Shown one piece after another: positions 44,701-64,000 of a DNA stretch of 64,000 nucleotides. A program made the position numbers and the translations under genes. Each line of letters opens with the position of its first letter. Position 1 is the stretch's first letter. Where the stretch lies: the NCBI GenBank assembly GCA_964106645.2, contig OZ067053.1; one strand, given 5' to 3'. The notes under the pieces were generated by a model. That model made no database searches and was not told the origin of the DNA. It saw nothing but the letters and a program-made list of their open reading frames with translations. The stretch is from Podarcis pityusensis. Lineage: Eukaryota.

Positions 44701-47700
44701 TATTTATTTATTAATATGCCACCCATCTGACTGGGTTGTCCCAGCCACTCTGGGCAGCTTCCAACAAATGATATAAAAACGCAGTAAGGCACCAAACATT
44801 ACCGTATTTTTCGCTCTATAGGGCGCACTTTTTCCCTCCTAAAAAGCAAGGGAAAATGTGTGTGCGTCCTATGGAGCGAATGCAAGGCGGAGGCAGGCGG
44901 GAAAAGCCCCCAAGAGCCGCACACAAGCTTTGTGCGCTCTTGCGGGCTTTTCCCCAGGAGGGAGAAGGGACTGACTGGCTGCATTAGTCCCTTCTCCTAC
45001 CTCCCAGAAAAGCCAGGAGAAGCCACGCAGCCCCTTTAAAGAGCTGGCGGCTTCTGCCGGTTTTGCGGGAAGTGGGGGAATCCCCCCACCTCCCAGAAAA
45101 GCCAGGAGAAGCCGCGCAGCCCCTTTAAAGAGCGGGCGGCTTCTGCAGGCTCTCCGGGAGGTGGGGGAAGTTGCAGCGGATTCCCTCCTCCCCAGCTCCC
45201 TTTGAAGCAGCAAAGTGGGAGGGGAGCAGCTTACACTCCTGTAAGCAGCTCCTCTCCCACTTTCCTGCTTCAAAGCAACTACGGAGGAGGGAAGGAAGGG
45301 GACCATGGATCCTCTGCTTGCGGCTGCAGAGGATTCCCTCCTCCTGGGCTCCCTTTGAAGCAGCAAAGTGGGAGGGGAGCAGCTTACACTCGTGTAAGCA
45401 GCTCCTCTCCCACTTTCCTGCTTCAAAGTGGATGGAATCCACTGCAGTTGCGAGCAAAGGATCCATAGCTCCGCTTCCTTCCCTGGAAGCAGGGTGTGGG
45501 GGTGCAGGGGAGAAAGAGGGCAGGAAATAGATGCCGGGCAGGAAGACACAACCACACTTTGACCACTGAAATGTCCACCCCAGCCTCCCCAGATTTCCAC
45601 TGAGACGGCCAGGCTAATCTCGATGGCCATAAGTCAGGCTCAGCATTATTGACTGGACTGAGATAAGCCATGGTTCCCCTTCCTTCCCTCCTCTGAGGCT
45701 CAATTTAAAGCAGCAAATGGACAGGAGCCGCCCGCTTTGCTGCTTTAAATAGTTTAGTGCAACATTTGATTCAGAATATTTTTGTGTGTGTTTTCCTCCT
45801 CTAAAAACTAGGTGCGCCCTATGGTCAGGTGCGCCCTATGGTGCGAAAAATACGGTAAACATCATAGAATTGTAGCATTGGAAAGGGACCCCAAGGGTCA
45901 TCTAGTCCAACCCCCTGCAATGCAGGACTATGCAGGTGGCCCATATAGGGTTTGAACCTGCGACCTTGGCATTATCAGCACCACGCTCTGACCAACAGAG
46001 CTAACTGGTTTGAGTCTAAATACTTTAGATCAAATTTAAAAACTAAACAAACCTGTAATTGGTCACATATGCCCGTCTCTCAAGCAACTTGGGGCAGTGC
46101 ACATAGCATTACTGGCCTTGCAACAATCCCGTAAGGTAGGCTGAAATAGCAGCCTGCCTGGTTGAGGGAGGGGTCTGAGCAATGGCCTCCTTAACGTGAA
46201 ACAACACTTGTTCCTTATAGCAGGTGGGCCAAAATAAAACTAAATTCACCAACGGCTAATAAGCAGGGACTGAGAAGGAGGAATCAACCAACACAACAGG
46301 ATTTGGGATCTTTTTTAGTGACCCTTGAGGACTAACTGCTTGTCTGGTCCTGTTTTTTTCTTCCCATCCCTCAGGAAGCAATTACGTTCTGGCTGGAGGA
46401 AGGTGTCTCTGGGATCCAGATCGGGGGCATCGAGCATTTAAATGTACGTGGTGAGCCCATCCCAACCAATCTCCATTGATTCATCCTTCTCCCTACCCAC
46501 CCCGGTTCAGGGCACGAGCGCTTAAGGGACAAAGTGAATTCCCTTGTGAGCTGGTATTAAAGAGCGGTGGCCTCCTCTTGTCAGATATATGGAGGTTGTT
46601 TTTTTCTTACAGGGGGAGGGACTTTTGGGTTGTACAGAGTGGAAGCTCAGTGGCAGGATATCTGCTCTGCATGCAGAAGGTCAGAGTAGTTATAAGGCCA
46701 CTTCCTGCATTCCTTCCTGTTTGGGATAGTGGTTGTGGGGTGGAGCTTGAAGTTCCTGCCCTCAGCGTGCATCTATCTCACTTGCCGAACATGTTATTTC
46801 CTCAGGACACCCAAATCCTGAGTGAGTGGAAGAACCTGACAGAAGAATACAGTGTGGACGACCACACCAGGTAGGTACCACCCCCTAAGATGCACAGCTT
46901 CCTATTCTGATCCCCTCCTCCTCCTTTAAGCTCCCAAGCTGTACTGCATACACATAGTGACTTACATAAGAAAAGAAAATCAAGTTAATAAATCTGTGCC
47001 AAAGCAAACGATCCTTCTGCCATTTCCACCCCTTGTGCCCCATTTTCTCTTAACTTTTTAAAATTCTGCTTTTTGCTAATAATGAGTGAAGACAGGGGTG
47101 CCAATTTGAATAAAATATTGGGGTGCCCAAGTAAGCCGTGCCCTGCATAATTGATCACGTGATGTGGTGCACGGACACCATTTGAATGGCAATCCTCATC
47201 AACTTTGAGGGGGTCTGGTCCCCTCAAATATTTTACTGGGGCTGCCGAAGATCCCTCAGCTCCTAGGAGTTGGTACCTATGAGTGAGGACTAAGATGCCA
47301 TACAGGGCGCTGGAAAAGCCCCAGTGCCTTCTGAGCTTCTACTGAAGACATGACAACCCCAGGCCTATTTGATCCATATTCCATTTAAAAAACAAAAAGC
47401 AAAAAAACCCCAGCTTCTAAACATGGTGTAGTTGTTGGATTATGACCTGGAAGAAAAATCAAGGTTCAAATCCCCACTCAGCCATGAAGCTCATGGGGTG
47501 ATCTTGGACCAGTCACTGTCTCTCAGCCTAACCTACCTCACAAGGTTGTTGTGCAGACAAAATGGGGAGGCCCAAGTATGCTGCCTTGAGCTCATTGGAG
47601 GAAACAAGAATCAAAATATACCTATATAATAGAAATAAGAAAGCACAGTAAAATCAATTGTGCTGTGCTTGGCCCAGGGCTTGTGTCACCTTGATGTCAC

Positions 47701-48548
47701 TCAGCTGCCTACCATGGTGGTCTTTCATTTGAGCCATCTCTCAGCGGTGGCTGGTGCCTATTGGCTGGTGGGGCAGAAGCAGGAGGCGTAGCCAGAGCCA
47801 ATCACAGGCACAGCCACCTAATTCTAGTTTTGCCCTTCCTGCTGATTTCTACAAGGGCAGCACTGAGACTGAGGAGGAGGAAGCTGAGAGGCAGGGCCAC
47901 CCCCATCCCAGACTGGTTGTAGGCAGGAAAGCAGGCAGGTGGGGGTTGGCTGAGGGCAGACTGAGATCGATGGGGCAAGTGCGGCACTTGTCCTAATGAA
48001 CCAGCCTCCACTGATCTCCATCTCTCTCTCTGCTCCTCCTTTCAGGGTGCTCATTGCAGTGACACGCAGGCAGGATGCCGAGGGCATCTTCTCCCTCCTC
48101 AACGAGACCACAGGCGTGGATCTGCTGAGCAGCCAGTACCTCCTGGGGCTGGTGAAAGGCGGCCAAGAAGACAGCACACGAGGGGAAGCAGCCGCCAAGA
48201 TGATACGCCAGTACATCCAAGAAGCTGGAGACAAGTGGCCCAGTTGGAGTGTGAGTGACAGCCTTGGAACCAGACTCTGTGGTTGCGTCTGCATACGTGT
48301 GTGTTTGTGTGCGAAAGAGAGCAAGGGGAGTGGTTGGCCGCCGTTTGTGGCCTGTGTGTGGTTGGAAGCAGTCTTGTGCAGATGGCGAGGGCAGCTGGGT
48401 ACACTTGCCCCAGCCCTCAAAGGGCTAAGCTGGCTGGGGGGCCCCACCAGAGAGTGGCTGCTTTTTTGCTTGAGTTTACAGTGTTATTATTACAAAACTC
48501 TCACCCCCAGGCCTCAGACAAGCTCTGCACAGGCCTGGATGAAGGTAG

Positions 48549-48622
<74 letters not shown>

Positions 48623-51600
48623 TGGCTGGGTTGGGAAAACCCAGTGGAAAAAAGAGTTTTTCAGTTGCCTGCCCTGCTTGCATTTGCCTCGTGGAATTTC
48701 AACCATCGGCCCTTCAGCCACATATGGCTGAAATCGCGTGAGTTAAATGCAAGGGCACCACGGGTGAATTGAAGGTGAGCAGGCAGAGGAAGGAGGGAGA
48801 TTTGCAGGCATAGACCACACAGCTGCTGCTGCTGCTGCTCCTCCAATGGCCCCATTCTAACTCAAGCTTGTTTGGATGCTGACTGACTGTCCTCCTCCTG
48901 CAGGTGGGAAGACCTGACATTGGCCACTTGGCCTCTCCGATGGGCGAGCCTCTCCTTCGCCTCTTCCACCTGCTGCTCTACACGCTGCCAGGGACGCCCT
49001 TCACGGACTACGGAGATGAGATCGGGCTGCGGGACCTGCCGGGACAGGTAGGGGTGCAACGTCAGGGTCTGGGTGCTTTGCTGACGGGTGGAGGGGCAGA
49101 TATGGTGGGGTAGAGTGTGTACGTTGCAGGCAGGTTCAGTTCTCTGCGTCTCTGGGTAGGGCTGGCAATTTCCCCCCACCTGAAACCCTGGAGAGCTGCT
49201 GCCAGTCATTGTAGATAATACTGAGCTCAATGGACCCAACGGTTTGACTCTGTATAAGGCAATACCCTGTAGTTCTAAGTAAGATGCAAGCACTAGTCTC
49301 TGCAAGGAACCTGCATGTCCTTTGCTTCAGGCAGCAAGGTCTGTTTGGTCTCTTGTTTTGCAAAGGGTGCGTGGGAGCAGGAAGGGTCAATGAGGCTGAG
49401 GAGATACAGCAGCGGAGGCAAGTTTTTGGTTCTTCTTTCTGGTGGTTTCAGGAAGCTAGATGGGCCAATGGTCTGATTCTATACAAGGCAGCCCAGTGGA
49501 AAGGCATCTGCATTTTCATCAGCCATAGGCATGTAAATGTGGGTACACTATTTTTGAAGATTGGAGAGAAACCAGAGTAAGTGCTTGCTGTGGGGGGAGC
49601 ATTGAAAGGTGCCATGAGCTTTAATGCCCCCCACAGGAGAGGCATTCCTTGGCCCCTGCTGCTGGATAACCCAGTTCTTGCCAAAGGATTGTAGTTTTCA
49701 CTTTATGAAAACAAAAATCTTGGCAGCACAACAAATGCATTGCGAAGGGGCCTGCTGTTTCCGGAGTTCCCATGGTTCCTAGCAGGAGGTGCACAAACAA
49801 CAGCCAGCTGCTCTGTGGGCGGATGCTCAAGCAGCAATATCTATTTGTTGGACCATTTTAAGGCTTGCTCTGGGTGCAGGGAGCAGATCCTGAGTCTGTA
49901 ACATGCTGGAGCTGGCGAAATACCTGCAAGGGCAGGGATGGGGAACTGTGGTCCTTCAGATGTTGCTGAACACCCAGCTCTCATCAGCCCCAACCAGCAG
50001 GGCCGATGGTCAGGGAGGGCGTGAGTTACAGTCCAGCATGTGGAAGGCCACAGGGTTCGCCTTCTGTTCTGGACACATGTCTCAGCCAATCAGGGATCAC
50101 ATATTAAATGCACTTACAGAAGGGTAAATCAGAGATAAGGGTCCTGTGCCCATCAGCCCTGGTCAGCTTGGCTGATGGTCAGGGATTTTGGGAGTTTTAA
50201 TCTGTGGGGCACAGATTCCCCCCCTCTTTCTTAGGGGATCAGATCTGGCCCAGTGGTATCCTCCCCACCACATAAAAAGAACCCTGCTGGATCATGCCAA
50301 AATCCCATCTGGTCTAGCATTCTCTTCTTAAGCAGCCCAGCCAGATTCTCTTATGGAAAGCTCTCAAGCAGTTCCTGAGCGCAGCTGTAATACTCTCCCC
50401 AGGTTTGATTCCCAGATACTGCCTTTCACAATGGATGGAGAACATAGCCGTCATATTCCATCCCACATCACATGCAGAAATGCAAACTCTTGTGTTTTTA
50501 TAGTGTGTCAAGCCTTCGGGGGCAGAATGGAATCTGAGCAAATTAAATGGACAAAAACGTTACTTATATTTGCATTGTGGTTTTTGGGACTTGGAAATTC
50601 AGATTTCTTCCTGCAAAACACTGGTGGTGGTGGTTTTTAAGGTGCTGCAATGGGTCGTGTGTGATGGGTCTTGTCTTTTTCTGACCCCCCCCCCCAAGTT
50701 GCAGCCATGCTAATAGTAAGTTCTTTTCTCCCTCCAGCCTGCAGCCTCCAGTGTCATTCGTATGCAGTGGGATAATTCAGCAAACTTTGGCTTCTCGAAA
50801 GCAAATCAGCAGCAGGTTAACACAGCAGCCAGCAATGTCACTGTACAGGTGAGTTGCAGAAATGATGGGAGAAATGTGGGTGGTTCTTGCCAGTAATTTG
50901 CAAATTATATGAGGACACATGCCGGCATGTCACAAATAAATATATCCCCAAAATACTCGGCTTAATGCCAACCAAAACTCCACCTAGCCTAGCATCCTGC
51001 TTCTAACTGTGGTCAGCCAGATGCTCCCATGAAGCTCACCAGCAGGGCATGAAGGCAACAGCCCTCTCTTGTCATAGGAACATCAGAAAGACTGCCTTGT
51101 ATTGAGTCAGGTCATTGGTCCATCTGGCTTTGTATTGCCCACACTGACTGGCAGCAGCTCTTCAGGTTTCGAGGCATGCGGCATTCCCAGCCCTCCTGCA
51201 GGGGCTGGGGATTGAACCTAGGTGCAAGGCAGTCTCCTCTGTTCCCATTCTTCTCCAGACAAAGTCCAGCCAGATAACTCAGGAGCCAAGCCCCGTGTAG
51301 TATAGACCACTGGTGCCAGTTAGGTCATTTTTAGACTCTGGACTTAACAGTCCAGCATGGAGGGCCTCTGGTGCTGATGTCTGCCCATGCCTTCACTTAC
51401 CTCAAAACTGGGAAAAACTGGCCCTGCTGTGTTTGGGAACTCCCTCTTGCTCATTCTGCTGAATTGGGGCCCTGGACTTCTGCCTGAAAGGCCTCCCTTG
51501 CAGGCACCATCGAGCGGGAGAGCTTTCCCTTGCTGCTTGCCCCCAGTATCTGGTAGGCAGAGGCTTAGGCCGCATACACACCATACATTTAAAGCACATT

Positions 51601-52207
51601 CACCTTCCTCCCTGCAATAATCCTGGGAACTGGTTTAACACACACACACAGCTACAATTCCCAGCAGTACCCCTAGCAAACTGCAGTTCCCAGGATTTTT
51701 GTTTGCTTGTACTTTAAGTTTATGGTGTGTATGCAGCCTTAATCTCTAAGCAGTTTTTATATTTTTAGCACCAGTAACGCTAGAAGTGGTTAATGAATAA
51801 CTTTCCCCTTGTCTCTCTCCTCTCTTTCTTCCCCTACCCCTTCTGCACAATCCCTGCAGTCACAGAACAGCGACCCGGCTTCGGTCTTGTCGTTCTTCAA
51901 GCAGCTAAGCGAGCTGCGGGGGAAGGAGCGCTCCCTCCTTCACGGCGAATACACAGAGGCTGAAACCAGCAACCCGAGTGTCTTTGCCTACCTGCGGGTC
52001 TGGGACCAGAACAAGCGCTACCTAGTGGTCCTCAACTTTGCTCCCAGGGACCAGACCATCTCCATAGTGACGTCCCCTCCCCTCCCAGACCAAGTCACAG
52101 TGGAGCTCAGCACGCAGCCCACGGAGGAGAAGAAACAGCTGAGTGTACGGGAACTCAGGCTGGCTCCCTCGGAAGGGCTCCTGCTCAGTTTCCCGTATGT
52201 GGCCTAG
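40384..52207 (+). CDS. SLC3A2: 4F2 heavy chain / CD98hc, 9 coding exons, 1671 nt / 556 aa
   Basis: Exons 40384-40837, 43920-44093, 44383-44483, 46375-46443, 46806-46870, 48046-48250, 48904-49047, 50738-50848, 51860-52207. DMKDVELNEMETEKQPMN, KFTGLSKEELLKVAG, TM WVRTRWALLILFWLGWLGMLAGAVVIIV, disulfide Cys in APRC, LPGTPFTDYGDEIGL, ERSLLHGE. Confidence 0.97.
41884..41924 (+). promoter_or_regulatory. Candidate intronic stress-response enhancer (CARE + CRE + ARE)
   Basis: GTTTCATCA 41884-41892, TGACGTCA 41898-41905, GCTGACTCAGCA 41913-41924. Confidence 0.6.
42380..42610 (+). mobile_element. CR1 ORF2 C-terminal fragment
   Basis: Translates to RPHLESCVQFWAPQFK...VQRRATKMI. Confidence 0.85.
42749..42917. 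mobile_element. Short CCGTA-TIR MITE (Tc2/pogo-like)
   Basis: TA-CCGTATTTTT...AAAAATACGG-TA, inserted into an older SINE. Confidence 0.85.
43100..43200 (-). mobile_element. 5'-truncated Sauria SINE
   Basis: AAAGGT tail and 3' body on the minus strand; TSD GTCCTCTA at 43092-43099 and 43201-43208. Confidence 0.85.
43396..43447. repeat. (GATT)n microsatellite
   Basis: Directly visible. Confidence 0.95.
43920..44093 (+). CDS. SLC3A2: SLC3A2 coding exon 2
   Basis: GLKQQIDYLSKLKVKGLVIGPLH...AKKK. Confidence 0.95.
44383..44483 (+). CDS. SLC3A2: SLC3A2 coding exon 3
   Basis: LKVVLDLTPNYRSQSPWF...KMK. Confidence 0.95.
44659..44713. repeat. (ATT)n microsatellite
   Basis: Directly visible. Confidence 0.9.
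44802..45855. mobile_element. Non-autonomous CCGTA-TIR DNA transposon, about 1.05 kb
   Basis: TIRs CCGTATTTTTCGCTCTATAGGGCGCAC / GTGCGCCCTATGGTGCGAAAAATACGG, TA TSD, internal repeats and palindromes. Confidence 0.88.
45860..46010 (-). mobile_element. tRNA-Ile-headed SINE with CR1-like tail
   Basis: Minus strand CCAGTTAGCTCTGTTGGTCAGAGCGTGGTGCTGATAATGCCAAGGTCGCAGGTTCAAACCC followed by the same tail. Confidence 0.8.
46375..46443 (+). CDS. SLC3A2: SLC3A2 coding exon 4
   Basis: EAITFWLEEGVSGIQIGGIEHLN. Confidence 0.92.
46806..46870 (+). CDS. SLC3A2: SLC3A2 coding exon 5
   Basis: DTQILSEWKNLTEEYSVDDHTR. Confidence 0.92.
47093..47281. mobile_element. Short DNA-transposon-like repeat; inverted copy in NXF1 intron 1 (about 1664-1869)
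   Basis: CAGGGGTGCCAA...CCTAGGAGTTGG shared in opposite orientation between the two sites. Confidence 0.65.
47421..47600 (+). mobile_element. MIR/Ther1-like CORE SINE; related copies near 27520-27660(-), 36140-36245, 42990-43090(-)
   Basis: GGTTCAAATCCC...GTGATCTTGGACCAGTCACTGTCTCTCAGCCTAACCTACCTCACAAGGTTGTTGTG. Confidence 0.7.
48046..48250 (+). CDS. SLC3A2: SLC3A2 coding exon 6
   Basis: VLIAVT...DLLSSQYL...GDKWPSWS. Confidence 0.93.
48551..48619. repeat. Compound (GT)n(GA)n microsatellite
   Basis: Directly visible. Confidence 0.95.
48904..49047 (+). CDS. SLC3A2: SLC3A2 coding exon 7
   Basis: LLRLFHLLLYTLPGTPFTDYGDEIGLRDLPGQ. Confidence 0.95.
50738..50848 (+). CDS. SLC3A2: SLC3A2 coding exon 8
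   Basis: PAASSVIRMQWDNSANFGFS...NVTVQ; cag/gtgagt, phase 0. Confidence 0.9.
51568..51738. mobile_element. PIF/Harbinger-like MITE; relatives at 24592-24904, 32545-32867, 38539-38728
   Basis: TTA TSD; TIRs GGCCGCATACACACCATA / TATGGTGTGTATGCAGCC. Confidence 0.75.
51860..52207 (+). CDS. SLC3A2: SLC3A2 last coding exon
   Basis: SQNSDPASVLSFFKQLSELRGKERSLLHGE...EGLLLSFPYVA*. Confidence 0.95.
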   Translation, partial: SQNSDPASVLSFFKQLSELRGKERSLLHGEYTEAETSNPSVFAYLRVWDQNKRYLVVLNFAPRDQTISIVTSPPLPDQVTVELSTQPTEEKKQLSVRELRLAPSEGLLLSFPYVA

Positions 52208-52917
52208 TTTGACTTGTGGCTCCCCCAGCCTGACAGGGAGGAGCAAAAGAGCAGGGTCTGTGCAACTGTCCTTGCAAAGGAGCAGCTTCTGAATTCTTGA
52301 AAGGGCGCAGTTTTCACAGCATTCTGATCTTCCTCTCTCCTGTATCACCTGATTTTTTTTAACACCTGTCTCTTCTCTCCCTCTGCTCCCCTAATTCCTT
52401 CACTCCTTGTACATTCCTTGACCTGCCAGTATCTGGAAAAAAGAAACTTTTTATAGTAGGAGGGGGGAATATGTGGACCTTCAGGATGTTGTTGAACTCT
52501 GACTCCCATGATCCTTAGCCAGGGTGGCCAGTTGTGGGGTAGGATGGGAATTGTAGTTCAATAACATCTGGAGGGCTGTGGGGTCCCTCACCCGTGGTGT
52601 AGAGCTTAATGTCCCCACCACCACCGGATATACTAGCATGTCATGTGCATGAACTGACTGTCCACAGCTCCAGTTTTGAATATCATTTCCACATGGTGTG
52701 TGTGCTTGTCATTTGGCTGGGCAGCTTTCATCCTTGAGAACTGACAAGTAAAGTTATATGTTTTTGTGCAAACTACATGCCCCACCCAGCTCCTTCTAAG
52801 CCTCTGTACTTTGTGGAATGAATATTACTGCAGGCGCATAGTGTCCGTGCGAGCCTGTCCTGTTCGTGTGCCTGTCCTGTTTGCCAAAACTGTTGTGAAC
52901 TGGTATGGAATGAGTTT

Positions 52918-52923
52918 AATAAA
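52918..52923 (+). terminator. SLC3A2 polyadenylation signal
   Basis: AATAAA followed by GU/U-rich sequence, about 710 nt after the stop. Confidence 0.65.
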
Positions 52924-55265
52924 TTTCTCTCTGCTGACTCTTGTGGTTTCTGTTCAGAATGGTAGTGTTTATGCATGTGCACACAGCCTCTTTCAATTCC
53001 CCTGGTAAATCCCAACTCCTTGAACAGCACAGTCGTCAGTGGCAGGGGTAGAAGTAGTGCAACTGGCCTGGACTTACCCCCTCAACAGCTTGGGACCAGG
53101 TTTCTTAAGGGTACATGTGCTCCTCAGATGGGTCACCACTGAGAGTAACACATGCTTAGATTGTACTAGAAACCAGCAGTCTGGAATCAATTATCAGCCG
53201 AAATTAGACAGGCACCTAAGTGTCTTGATGGCTAGTTGTCAACTGAATATTTTGCTTTAAGAAGTCTTTCCTTGAGGAGTGACCCAGCCATTTATGGAAT
53301 ATTAATTTTATATCTTTAAGATTTTTTTAAAAGTTTGTAGGAATGGTATTCATTGTTTGTTGTGTTTTGATGGCCTCAGGCTGTGACACAGTTTTATACA
53401 TTTGTTAAAGAATACCTGTTAAACAAGGAGCATAATAGCTCTAGCTAGAAATAGGTTTGAGTCTGATGGAGGAGAGCCAGCAGAGAGGGTGTTTTCTAGA
53501 CTGGGTGACTTCCAGACATGTGTTTACCTTGATCACGTTGCACAAGTGTGAAATTTGGGATTGGGACAAATAATTAAACAGCCTGAATATCTCTGGGCTC
53601 TCTTTTGCTTCTTCAAAACCCATATTTACAGCTGTAAACATAGGTTACAGTAGCTTTCAACCTTTTCTGACATGGGACTCATCTTTAACCAAAATGAGCA
53701 GGCAGGAATTTTTCTTTTTGCCATAGATATATGGGGGTAATACTGCTGATGCTCATTTATTTTATTGCAACCCACCTGAGACCAGCTTCTGAGCTGGTAG
53801 TGGGCTCTGACTCAGCAATTAAAGACTAATGAATAATCTGTGGATACTAGCAGGCTGGGGCTTGGGGGCCACAGACAATGCTGTGTAGAGGATTGGGCTG
53901 TGGGTTTTGGGTACCCTACCATAATTTACACCCTTTTCCACAAAAAGTGGGATGTGTATGAATTATTCCTGCAAAAGAAACTCTTGTGAAGAGTTGTTAA
54001 CATGTTGAGTTTTGGTACTTGTCTCTACAGTGCCTGCCTACGTACCCTTCACACGATACTCAAATGTGCCTCTTGTTACTGCCAAACTTCATTTAATTAT
54101 TTTGTGAATTAGGTATCGTATTTAAAAATACAATCTGTGAAATCCCTTGGAATTTCAAAACCCTGCAAAAAGGATGGGGAGAACCTTTGCGGGGAGCCCT
54201 CCAGATGTTGGACTCCCATGAGCCCCCAAGACTTAATGGGGAAGGTTGGTGGGAGTTGTAGTTCAGCAGCACCTGGAGGGCTACAAGGTCCCTAGCCCTG
54301 CAGTAAACTGACAAAGGAGTACAGGACAGTTTGATATGCCTTCTGGCTTGCACTCTTTATAAAGACTTGAGGAATGAGGTTATCGCCCCTCTTTTATTGT
54401 TCATTTCTGGCCCCAGCCACTGCCACAGTGTCCTTTCTCTTGTCAGATCAAGATGAGCAGGTGGCAGCAAAGGTTGCAAGGTTTTTAGCTGGGGCAATTA
54501 GAATAAGATCCAGTAGTTGACTATTGATTCAAAACCGTAAAATGCGGTTTTATATAGCCGACTTTTTATTTATTTTCTTTGTATATCGCGTTGTTGTTTT
54601 ATTGCTATGGCCGATGGCTGACGCAAATAAAGATTGGTTCATTCATTCATATGCTCCCAGCAGTCCTAAACAGGAAAAGAAATAGGAATTATCACACCCA
54701 GCCATCCCTTTTAAGTAAAGCTCCCCTTTACTTGTGTGCCCCCCCCCCCGATTTCCACCTCCCCTTTAATCACCCTCTAAAAAATACCGCCGACAGCATC
54801 CCTCTCTCCTCCCCAACTTCCTCTTCCCCGTAACCCACTTATTTACATTCCCGCCCCCTCCTCCTTCCCGGCTCACAACACGCCCTATTTCCTCGCGGCT
54901 TTCCCTTTAAGCTGCCTCCCCTGACGCAATGCAGGTGAGGCTAAGCCAATGGGACGTCGGGCGGCGGCGCACGTGACTGCGGAGGGGGCGGGCCCGGGGG
55001 TTATTTAAAGGGCCGCCTTTCCTATTGCTGCGGCCGCGGTTGCCGGGGGCTCGCCGGAGGGAGGGGAATGCGCGTGCGCGCGGGGCCCGGGAAGTAACGT
55101 TCGGCGCTTGCCGTTAGAGCAGAGGAAGAAGAAGAGGAGGAAGAGGGCGAGCGAGAGCGCTTGCGCGAGCGGGGCAACGGCGACGACTCAGCCCCGGGTG
55201 GAGGGAGACGGACGCCAGCCAGGAGCCGAGAGGTCGCAGCGCCGCTTCCCCTCCCCCACGTCACC

Positions 55266-63940
<8,675 letters not shown>

Positions 63941-64000
63941 GAGAAGCAGCGGCCGCCCCTTTCCCTTTCCCTGTGCAGAATGGAAGGACTTGTTTGCTTA

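Noticed and set aside
44869-45630. 253-aa minus-strand ORF
   Set aside because: Lies wholly inside a repetitive non-autonomous transposon; repeated peptide mirrors the DNA palindromes; no transposase motifs.
45937-46010. Functional tRNA-Ile(GAT) gene
   Set aside because: D-arm, T-loop and acceptor mismatches plus CR1 tail; treated as a SINE head.
47996-48772. 258-aa ORF
   Set aside because: Only 48046-48250 is SLC3A2 exon; the rest is intron read-through including a microsatellite.

Overview
Vertebrate genomic DNA from a squamate, probably a lacertid-type lizard (several Sauria SINE copies). Four multi-exon protein-coding genes lie on the + strand and were reconstructed by hand from GT-AG junctions and reading phase: NXF1 (21 coding exons, 625 aa), TMEM223 (2 exons, 255 aa), SLC3A2/CD98hc (9 coding exons, 556 aa) and an intron-containing calmodulin (6 exons, 149 aa, identical to canonical vertebrate CaM). 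Between them are a 5'-truncated L1-clade LINE with a 12-bp TSD, CR1/L2 fragments, several SINE families, MITEs and one 130-N gap. Main points: (1) NXF1 intron 10 holds a retroviral-type CTE inside an extensive predicted RNA structure, with a candidate poison exon and an immediate stop on retention; (2) the calmodulin beside SLC3A2 may be a fourth whole-genome-duplication copy absent from mammals; (3) a possible distal in-frame SLC3A2 first exon and an ATF4/CRE/NRF2 intronic motif cluster; (4) two SINEs with different tRNA heads share one CR1 tail. Homology statements rest on recalled sequences, not database searches.
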